Source of the DNA: Octopus sinensis
Lineage: Eukaryota
Direction of reading: 5' to 3'
Assembly: GCF_006345805.1 (NCBI RefSeq)
Contig: NW_021826497.1
Location: 1-12,706, forward strand
DNA length: 12,706 nt
Position 1 is the first letter of the stretch; each line of letters opens with the position of its first letter. Below, in pieces: positions 1-8,618 of the stretch. A model generated the notes under the pieces. It did not search any database. It saw only the letters and a program-made list of their open reading frames with translations, and was not told where the DNA came from. A program made the translations under genes and the position numbers.

Positions 1-336
1 TGAGGGTTGCCAGTGTCCTTTCAAACAAAGTTCTCCTTAATATGGATCTTTATAACGAAAGATTCAAAATCTGACAACATTTTGTACACGAGACACGCGC
101 TAGAATTCCAGAGTAAATAAGAATTTATCCCTTGAGGGACGAAAATTATATTCTTTATGCGTCGTCAAGCACTCAAAGAGTTATATCATTTCATCCAAAC
201 ATGAATTAAGGACATCCTTGGCAGATATTTCAAGTGAAATATTATTTATTTGATATAATACATATGATATTTGAAAGAGGTCGGTCCGAAATCGTATGCT
301 CACTTATGGCTTCATGCTTTTGTCTTAGTTTCGCAG

Positions 337-600
337 CATTTTGGAAGAAGAAACACAAGCTTCAGTGACAGTGGTAACACGATCGACCGCTGGCTATTAC
401 CCATCTTCATGACACATTAAGGGCAATTGTTCAGTTCTGATGGAAGATTTGGCAACATGTAGTCGGATAGATCACCATGGATTTAGAAGTCCCTATTACT
501 CCGCAGGGTCACAATATCATACCAAAATTGAGTTCTCTGGAGTGTCGTTAGAGGGCCTTAAAGGTCAATATTCGATATATACGGCCTAGCTGCTACACGT
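337..600 (+). mobile_element. Highly decayed Tc1/mariner-superfamily (IS630-Tc1-mariner) transposase remnant
   Basis: Pieces across shifting frames read ILEEETQASVTV (338-373), GRFGNM*SDRSP/DL (about 442-486) and RALKVNIR (about 552-575). These echo, in order and with about the right spacing, the ITm motifs FFEE..TVTVN, SRFG..WP.RSPDL and LK.NIR. Stops, frameshifts and an apparent internal deletion are present; no TIRs seen. Confidence 0.45.
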
Positions 601-1557
601 GTGGTAACAAAACCTATCTATAAGCTTTCTGCATAGAAATCCTGAAAAAATAATTCAAAGCAATCTATCATTTAGGTCCTCGATCCTAGAGTAACACTAG
701 ACATAAATCGTGAGGGAGAAATGAAACTTCTCCTTCTATATTACAAGGGGTGATCACTGAAAACCGAAGCCCTTTCCTCTCAGTAACAACTGATGAATAC
801 AAGGGCACTCAACATCTACTGCCTCACTGTGGAAACAACCCTTTTATTTATGAGGACAAGAATCAAACAGAGGAAGATGGGGCATAGAAGACATTTTTGT
901 AGAAGCAAAAAATAAAAGATACAACTGAAGGAAACCACAAAAAGCTTCAAAAATTCCATGTGGGATAAAAATCATTCGAAGAAGAAACTCTCTTTGCTGG
1001 AGAAGGAAATACATGTTACGAGGATAGGACTGAGTCTTGTGAGGTGGAATCAACTCCCGACTTGAATGAAATTAAACTCACCACCATTCGCAAGACTAAC
1101 ATATTTCTTATAAAACTCACACACAATATACCCAAGGAATATTCAGCAAAATGAATCAATTGGAAAACGGTATCGCATTTTTCAAAAGCATAAAAAAAAT
1201 AGGATGATAGTTCAAACTTCAAACAGACCTTACGAAGTACCACGTGTCAATAAACCAGAGGATGTGACCTATTAGTTGCCCAATACAACACCAGAAATTC
1301 TCAAAGCAGATTTTGGAATCTCCTACCCTGAACACTTAGTATTATGCTGAAGCATACCACAAGAGGTATCAAGGTAAATCGTATGACCTGATGAACGCAA
1401 GTAGAGGATTAAAGTTTGTAAAAATTAGTTTTTATTTTTTCGCGACTTTTATCGGACATTTTCCATATTATATTTCCTTGTAAATTTCAGGGTTGAATTG
1501 TATGATTTTTTAAAAATTCCTCCAATGATATATTGGATAACATATTTCATTTATCAG

Positions 1558-1560
1558 CAC

Positions 1561-1593
<33 letters not shown>

Positions 1594-1708
1594 TATCAAT
1601 CACCATCATCATCGTCGTCGTCGTCGTCATCATCGTCGTCATCACCATCATCGTTGTCGTCGTCGTCGTCATCATCATCATCATCATTATCATCATCATC
1701 GGCATCAT
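1558..1708. repeat. Compound trinucleotide microsatellite (CAT)n/(CGT)n
   Basis: Directly visible; it accounts for the poly-H/S/I/D/M ORFs at 1498-1931. Confidence 0.95.
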
Positions 1709-2307
1709 TTCAATGTATGTATTTCCTCCTTTCGTTGTGTCCCCCCCACTTTCCTTCACCATTCTCTCTCACACAACCCACCCCCACTCCTCCACCCTTG
1801 CACACGTCAATCATCTCACGCTTTCGCAAAGGCATACACGAAACATAAACAAACACACGCACACGGGCTCGTCCAAACACTTACCCATTCGCCCCCACCC
1901 AAACTCCAGTAGTACATATTATATTCAATGATAAGTATTTACACAAAGCTCTGTAGTCACGTCCCAGAATTCCTGACCGTAGGCAACTACAAGACTGGAC
2001 ATTCACTGCCATTAAAACCCTGCTGTATACGGTCGTATTTACTTTCGCCTTTGTTCCCTCTCCACCCTCCCACCCCCCCCCCCCTCCTCTCACTCACTCT
2101 CTCTCCTTCTCTCTCTCTCCTCTCTCTCTCCCGCTTTCCTTGCCAACAATAAACAATTTCTGGAATATTTTCCTACTCAAACGCTACCAATTCTACTCTA
2201 AGACATTCAGAAACTGTTCGTGGTTTACCGGTATTGTATCAAGATGCACACACGTTCGCACGTGCGCGCACTTAGGCAGATGCACGCGCGTTCAAACAGT
2301 TAACGAA

Positions 2308-2554
2308 CGCACATATATAAATCCACACGCACACACACACAGACACACAGACACATACATATATATATACATATACACACACACACACACACACACACCA
2401 CACATATATATATTATATAATATATTATATTATATATATATATATATTCATATATATATATATGCATATTTGTATGTTGTATGTGTATGTATACATATAC
2501 AAATATTATATATACACACATTCACGCAAACACCCACACACATCTGCATGTATG

Positions 2555-2595
<41 letters not shown>

Positions 2596-2772
2596 TCCTA
2601 TATGTATATATCTATTCATACATACTATTATATATACATATCTATAATATATATATATATACGTACATACCTATATACATACTTAATCTATACTAACATA
2701 AACATACACCCACACAAACACAGGCACGCACACACAAACACACAAACACACACGCGCACACACACATACATA
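2308..2772. repeat. Compound (CA)n/(TA)n microsatellite field
   Basis: Directly visible; source of the HT/IY-rich ORFs. Confidence 0.95.
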
Positions 2773-3184
2773 GAGGCATAGGTACAGCTGTCTGGCATAT
2801 TTTCACACACAATCATACACAACCAACCTATATACAACAAAAACGCACAAGCTTTGAAGATTTTCGTTTGATTTTCATTCTGGTTTCCTCTTTCTTTACT
2901 AATTCTTGGAGGGTCTCATGTTCCGTATACACTGAGAGTTGTTACACACGCACACGTACGCTCACTCACACACAGATGTACACACTCACCACGAGCACAC
3001 GCATACACGGGCGAAGATGAAAGTATATATATATAGAAGCGTATACAAACCAAGCGGTCTCAAACGAATACATACATTCGAGAACGTATACACACATAGG
3101 ACTATACATGTCTTATGAAGGCACACATATTCAGATCCTGAAGCGCATGTAAGAATGGTCACAAAGTTTGATTGAATGTATAAT

Positions 3185-3333
3185 CGGTTAGATCAATCAA
3201 AATAGAGGTACTTATTTTATAGATCCTGGAAATGATGAAAGACAAAGTCAACACCAGTGGGATTTGAACGTAGGAAACGAAGTACAGAAAAAGCGTTTTG
3301 TTCGTCGCACTACTGATTCTCCCATCGATCACC
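3185..3333 (-). mobile_element. Degenerate tRNA-derived SINE, same family as the 7924-8136 copy (3'-truncated or eroded)
   Basis: The reverse complement reads ggtgatcgatgggagaatcagtagtgcg...gttcaaatcccactggtgttgactttgtctttcatcatttcc...ataaaataagtacc. It aligns by eye to the head, B-box and central domain of the copies at 7924 and 8300. Confidence 0.75.
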
Positions 3334-3378
3334 TTCAAAATCAAATATTTCTAGCATAGCCACCACCCGACTCACGTT

Positions 3379-3420
3379 ATGTACATTTTACCTACCTATA
3401 TCTACATACATACATACATA

Positions 3421-3464
<44 letters not shown>

Positions 3465-3502
3465 ACATATATATATATATATTAGATATATATATATATA
3501 TA

Positions 3503-3557
<55 letters not shown>

Positions 3558-3742
3558 GTGTGCATATATATATATATGATTGTACATATCTATATCAATT
3601 CATATGACAGATTACATACATACATACATGCAGACATACATACATCTCATCATTATATATATAATATATATATATATTATATATATATATATACTACATA
3701 TATATATATATATCTATACATACACACGCACACACACATACA
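3379..3742. repeat. (TA)n/(CATA)n microsatellite field
   Basis: Directly visible. Confidence 0.95.
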
Positions 3743-3828
3743 TGATAGAACATGTTCAGTTTATGTAAGAATGACATTAAGTGTACGCGCTTCTGTAAAG
3801 TTTTCAGCCTCTTGCACTTTAATTTCAG

Positions 3829-3922
3829 GAGAATTAATCAGATCAACTGGAACACTCATCCTCGCAACCGACGGAGTGCCTGTATTAGAGACTGAACAAA
3901 AGGATAGACAAGCAGCCAGAAG
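3829..3922 (+). CDS. Candidate internal coding exon (phase 1 to 2), (G)ELIRSTGTLILATDGVPVLETEQKDRQAAR; product unidentified
   Basis: Acceptor ctcttgcactttaatttcag|G at 3828/3829 and donor AAG|gtttcg at 3922/3923. Only one of three frames is open across the 94 nt. It sits centrally in a unique-sequence island between a microsatellite and a SINE. An alternative acceptor at 3807 keeps the same frame. Confidence 0.45.
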
Positions 3923-4019
3923 GTTTCGGGTCAGATTATGACATATACAAAATATAGAGAAACGCAAAAACATACAGGTTTCCCTATGGGTAGTTTTTAA
4001 TACCAGTAATAGAATCAAA

Positions 4020-4228
4020 ATATTGGATGGCCGGTTTCCTAGTCTCATGGCGTATAGATTCTCCATTCGGATTGGATGCCAGTCCGTTCTAGGATTACCC
4101 ATTTTACCTGCAGGGTGGACTGGAACAGTGCAAAATGAAGTGTTTTGCTCAAGAACACAACGCGTCGCCCGGTTCAGGAATAGATATACGAACATTAAGG
4201 GAAGTCAACCGAAATACTAAACCAGACT
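4020..4228 (-). mobile_element. Degenerate tRNA-derived SINE with CORE-like middle
   Basis: The reverse complement has an eroded tRNA-like head, then gttgtgttcttgagcaaaacacttcat...gtaaaatgggt (resembling the two ends of the CORE domain), then a tail acggactggcatccaatccg...tatacgccatgagactaggaaaccggcc that I recall from octopus SINEs. Confidence 0.65.
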
Positions 4229-4230
4229 TT

Positions 4231-4841
4231 AAAATATTCCCATACATCTTCACACATAACCCTAGAAATAATGAAACCTTCAACATTATCACCTAAAATC
4301 AACCCATCTTCACAAGAGATAAATCAATGAACAAAATTTTAGGCTCACACAAAATTATCGAAAGCAAAATGCAACCTAATTCATTGAAAAAAAATTAAGC
4401 AGCGCAAGACTATATCTGTTAACAACGGAACCAAAAGGGAAAATGTGGTCGACCTAACTGTGGTACATGCTCTCACCTTTTGGGGTGTTCAGAGTTCCAT
4501 TTTAAACAAGGTGAAATGCTTAAGATTAAATCAAATTTCACCTGTGCCTCGGAAAATCTAATCTATGCCATTGCATGCTTAGGATGTGGTAATCATTATA
4601 TTAGCCAAACAGAATACCACTCCGTCGAAGAACCACTCTCCGCAAAGAACAAATCCGCCACCCACAATACAGACAGATATAGGTCAGGGAACACATAGAA
4701 AGGTGTGCTATGAACCTTAATCCTAATTTCCTAATTTTCCCCTTCTATCAGTGCTCACAGAACACCTCAGTACAACAAAGAATGAATAAAGAGGCAACTT
4801 TCATCAATAAATATCTTCCACAATTCAACATAAACACATAA
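4231..4841 (+). mobile_element. Penelope-like element (PLE) remnant: linker, Cys-rich motif and GIY-YIG endonuclease, pseudogenised and 5'-truncated
   Basis: Joined across about 3 frameshifts and 2 in-frame stops it reads KIFPYIFTHNPRNNE...MQPNSLKK / LSSAR / KCGRPNCGTC...FTCASENLIYAIACLGCGNHYISQT / IPLRRRTTLRKEQIRHPQYRQI*VREHIERC...KEATFINKYLPQFNINT*. The LIY..CxxC..YIS is a GIY-YIG variant. The upstream CxxxxCxxC is as described for Neptune-type PLEs. No RT is left. Confidence 0.88.
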
Positions 4842-5287
4842 CTTAATACAGAACACAAATCTTTACAGAATACAAATCTTTCAATTAATACCACCCATAC
4901 ATCCCACACACCATTCATATTACAGATCTATATCTACCCTAATTGCACCGAATCCGGAACTACTTACCTCCCTTACACATAATCGTTTTGCTCGGGGACT
5001 AGTAGACCTGAACCCGTTCGGTAATCGGTGTGCATTCAAAGCAGTGACCAGTAATTCTACAAAACCAGTATGCTTTTGAATCTCTTTAACAACTCACAAT
5101 AATAACTTTTATTACTTTTATTCCTACCTCAGTTCATGTAATTGTATATATCTATTTTTACATTTCATAAAAAGCTTTTATGTTTTTTGATTTCCAATGT
5201 GCATTTTCGCTTATTTTTCTTCTTACTTTCCCTTACATTTCCCACGTGTAGTTTCTATTTTTTTGGTAATATATTTCTATTATATAG

Positions 5288-5366
<79 letters not shown>

Positions 5367-5393
5367 GTAGATAGATAGATAGATAGATAGATC

Positions 5394-5465
<72 letters not shown>

Positions 5466-5468
5466 TAG
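5288..5468. repeat. Compound microsatellite (TA)n-(GA)n-(GATA)n
   Basis: Directly visible. Confidence 0.95.
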
Positions 5469-5660
5469 ATGTAGAATATTGTTCAAATTTACAGAAAAAA
5501 GACGAAGACAGGTGTAGGAACAACAAGCATGTGTATTAGTTTAACACTCAGGAAGAAAAATGTCTTTTACGTTCCGAGACTACGCTCTTCGACAGAAAAT
5601 TTAAGAGGAAAAAAGTAAAAGGAGAGAGAATGAAAAAGAAAACTGTGAACGAAAATAATT
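5469..5660 (-). mobile_element. Probable PLE pseudo-LTR (or non-autonomous PLE derivative) fragment
   Basis: A short unique segment between microsatellites that contains the hammerhead-like motif below. Minimal hammerheads are an established feature of PLE pLTRs. Boundaries are approximate. Confidence 0.5.
5562..5599 (-). ncRNA. Degenerate minimal type I hammerhead ribozyme-like motif (probably inactive)
   Basis: Minus strand: UUUU-CUGUCGA-A-GAGC-GUAG-UCUC-GGAA-CGUA-AAAGAC, versus the PLE-type pattern CUGANGA-A-stemII-GAAAC-GUH. Helix III is the palindrome ACGU. Two core positions deviate (A6 to U, A13 to G) and stem II has one mismatch. Confidence 0.5.
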
Positions 5661-5662
5661 TC

Positions 5663-5820
5663 TTCTCTCTCTCTCTATATATATTATATATATATATATA
5701 TATATGTTGTGTGTGTGGGTGTGTGTGTGTGTGGTGTGGTGTGGTGTGTGTGTGTGTGTTTGTGTGTGTGGGGTGAAAAAGAATGAAGAGATTTAGAGAA
5801 TTAGAGAGAGAGAGAGAGAA
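5663..5820. repeat. Compound (CT)n-(TA)n-(TG)n-(GA)n microsatellite
   Basis: Directly visible. Confidence 0.9.
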
Positions 5821-5979
5821 GGTGGATTGAGAGATGGACAGTCGTAAAATCAGACAGACAGGCAGAAAGAAAGAAAGACAAAGAGATTAAGTATCTAAAT
5901 GCTTACATGTATGTGTGTGTATATGTATGCATGTATATGTCTGTTTTTACGAACGGTGAAAAAGGATTCAAAACTATGA

Positions 5980-7260
5980 GAAATTGTAAGCAGATACAGA
6001 GGCATTAAAACAAAAAAAATAATAATAAAACAGGAATATAGAAATGAGCTGCGAATACGAAGAACGAAAGAGAAGAAGAGAAACTATGGAAAGATAGTGT
6101 ATGATGGTTAATGAACGCCGTGTAAAATGGCGGCAAAAGAGTGAGAGTGAGTTGGAAGGTAGAAGAGTATGAAAATTGTATAGGTTGAAGAAATGAAACA
6201 GAAACGGAGAATTCAAATTTAATATGAAGTATAGTGGACAGGGACAACCGGTGTATATAAGAGGAATTTGAAAGAGGGGAGAAGTTAAATGGACAGGATG
6301 TGAGGAGAGTGAGTGATAGAGTGGAAATGAGAGAGAGAGTGTGGAGAAGGGAGATACAATTAGTATAGGAAAGAAAGAGAGTGTGAAGGAGGAGAAGCGG
6401 ATGGTTGGAGAGAAGAAAGGGTACGAAGGAGGAGGAGGGAGGAGAAGGGAAGAAGAAGAGGAGGAGGGAGGAGAAGGCATGAAGAGGAGGAGAAGGGAGG
6501 GGAAGGGAAGAAGAAGAAGAGGAGGAGGAAGAAGATGATGGTATGAGAGGATGCGGAGGAGAGCAGAGAAAATGCGATGCGATAGGTGATCATAAGGAAA
6601 CTAAAGATGGTTATTGAGAATGTGATACTGAGAGAGAAGCAGTAACGCAAAAGTAGAGAAAAGAGAAAGAAAGAGAGAGAGAGAGAGAGAGAGAATAAGG
6701 GAAGAATATTCAGAAAAGCGAAAGAAAAAGGTTGTAAGAGAGAGAGAGAGGGAGTGACAACGATTTTGGGGGATAAGGTAGAAGTCAAATGAATGAGTTA
6801 AAGAGGGGGCGAATATGAGGAGACGAAAGAAAGGAATTAAGAAAGAAATAACATTCTCAACAAGAAAACGATTTAAAATTTTAAAGAATGAAACAAAGGA
6901 AGGAAAAACGAAAGAGATTTTGATGAAAAGTCAGGACAAGGAATGAAAATAAATAAAAAAGTAAACAAATAAATAAAACGGTCGAAAATAAGCTTGTAGG
7001 AGCTTGAGCATAAACGGTAAGAAAAAAAAAACAATAATCCAAAACATAATTTTTTTTAAAAATACGAATTTAACAAAAATGTGAAAAACAAAAAAAAATA
7101 TATATATATATATAAAATAAATAAAATCAAGAAAGAATGTTGTAATAGAGTTTTTTAGTCAGAGTGAAATTATTCTCGGAGTAGGCGAGGTTAATGGACA
7201 GCGAGATAAAGAGAGATTGACGGGGATAGGAAGAGAAAAAGAATAAGAAAACAAAGGCAA
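5980..7260 (+). repeat. Long purine-rich low-complexity tract with a (GGA/GAA)n core at about 6420-6540 and (GA)n runs
   Basis: Strong A+G bias on the + strand; it explains the F/L/S-rich minus-strand ORFs. Confidence 0.85.
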
Positions 7261-7444
7261 TTACCGAAAATGAAAATGAAGGAAGTTCAACTGTATTCAA
7301 AGATGGAATAGCTGTCTCAACTTAGAATGAAGTGTGGTAAGTTGATGTCGAGGTGAGGATAGGGACACGTAGACTGTTTAGTTCACCCACCCCCACTTAC
7401 TGCCAATACATTCTTCCGTTTCTTTTTTTCTTTCAGTACTACAT

Positions 7445-7459
7445 TTATTATTATTATTA

Positions 7460-7512
<53 letters not shown>

Positions 7513-7615
7513 TTCATCATCATCATCAATATTATTATTACTATTATTATCGTTGTTGTTGTTGTTATTTTCATTATTACTATTATTATTATCATCATCG
7601 TCAACATCATCATAA

Positions 7616-7669
<54 letters not shown>

Positions 7670-7872
7670 TATTATTATTATTGTTGTTGTTATTGTTATT
7701 ATTAATATTATCATTATTGTTGTTGTTGTTATCATCATCATCATTATTATTATTATTATTGTTATCATTATCACTATTGTTGTTGTTGTTGTTACCATTA
7801 TCATCATCATCATCATCATCATTATTATTATTATTATTATTAGATATTATTATTATTATTATTATTATATAA

Positions 7873-7921
<49 letters not shown>

Positions 7922-7922
7922 T
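7445..7922. repeat. Large compound trinucleotide tract (TAT)n/(CAT)n/(TGT)n
   Basis: Directly visible; source of the poly-Y/I/L ORFs. Confidence 0.95.
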
Positions 7923-7923
7923 A

Positions 7924-8136
7924 AGGCGGCGAACGGGCAGAATCGTCAGCACGCTGGAAGAAATGCTTAGCGGTATTTATGCCCATCGCTACGTTCTGAG
8001 TTCAAATTCCGCCGAGGTCAACTTTGCCTTTCATCCTTTCCATGTTGATAAATTAAGTACCAGTGAAAGACTGGGGTCGATGTAATCGACTAGGCTCCTA
8101 CACACAAATTTCAGGCCTTGTGCCTATAGTAGAAAG
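7924..8136 (+). mobile_element. tRNA-derived SINE, full-length copy 1 of a tandem trimer, followed by an (ATT)n/(CAT)n tail to 8297
   Basis: A-box-like gggcagaatcg; B-box gttcaaattcc (8000-8010); central gaggtcaactttgcctttcatcctttc...gataaattaagtaccag, which resembles the Meta/MESC SINE domain as I recall it; 3' end ggccttgtgcctatagtagaaag plus ATT repeats. Clearly homologous to 8300-8506. Confidence 0.88.
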
Positions 8137-8156
8137 TATTATTATTATTATTATTA

Positions 8157-8191
<35 letters not shown>

Positions 8192-8251
8192 CATCATCAT
8201 CATTATAATTATCATCATCATCATCATATCAATATTACTTTTAGTATTATA

Positions 8252-8295
<44 letters not shown>

Positions 8296-8299
8296 TATC

Positions 8300-8515
8300 A
8301 AGCGGGCGGGTATCGCTAGCACGCTGGACGAAACGCTTAGCAGTATTTCGCCCGTTGCTACGTTCTAAGTTCAAACTCCGCCGAGGTCGACTTTGCCTTT
8401 CATCTTTTCGGTGTCGAAAAATTAAGTACCAGTAAAAAACTGAAGTCTATGTAATCGACTCATCCTCTCTCCATAAATTTAAGGCCTTGTGCCTCTAGTA
8501 GAAAGGATTATTATT
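8300..8515 (+). mobile_element. tRNA-derived SINE, copy 2 (small deletion in the head), short (ATT)3 tail
   Basis: Colinear with copy 1, sharing gttcaaactccgccgaggtcgactttgcctttcatc, aattaagtaccagt and ggccttgtgcctctagtagaaag. Confidence 0.88.
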
Positions 8516-8618
8516 CAGGCGGTGTGCTTGCTGAATCGTTAGCACACCGGGTAAAATTCTTAGCGGCATTTTTTTCGTCTTGACGTTCTGAGCTCAAATT
8601 CTGCCTAGTTCGACTTGC
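8516..8618 (+). mobile_element. tRNA-derived SINE, copy 3 (head only, more diverged, 3'-truncated)
   Basis: aggcggtgtgcttgctgaatcgttagcacaccggg...cttagcggc...gacgttctgagctcaaattctgcc...tcgacttgc aligns to the first ~100 nt of copies 1 and 2, then similarity stops. Confidence 0.75.

Noticed and set aside
745-845. Possible type III hammerhead (CUGAUGA at 790, GAAAC at 832, actga/tcagt stem)
   Set aside because: Five extra bases separate stem I from the core, stem II does not close next to the core, and stem III needs a bulge plus a mismatch.
1491-1499. Putative 9-nt microexon tttcag|GGTTGAATT|gtatga
   Set aside because: Too short to distinguish from chance, and there is no independent support.
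1498-2781. Long ORFs (116, 132 and 213 aa) rich in H/S/I/Y/T
   Set aside because: They are translations of (CAT)n, (CA)n and (TA)n microsatellites.
7326-7336. Consensus donor GTG|gtaagt with an 11-nt upstream segment
   Set aside because: The acceptor is weak, longer versions have stops in all frames, and gtgtggtaagt also occurs in SINE heads.
5974-8374. ORFs of 142-205 aa with poly-L/S/F/Y/I
   Set aside because: They derive from the purine tract, trinucleotide repeats and SINE sequence.
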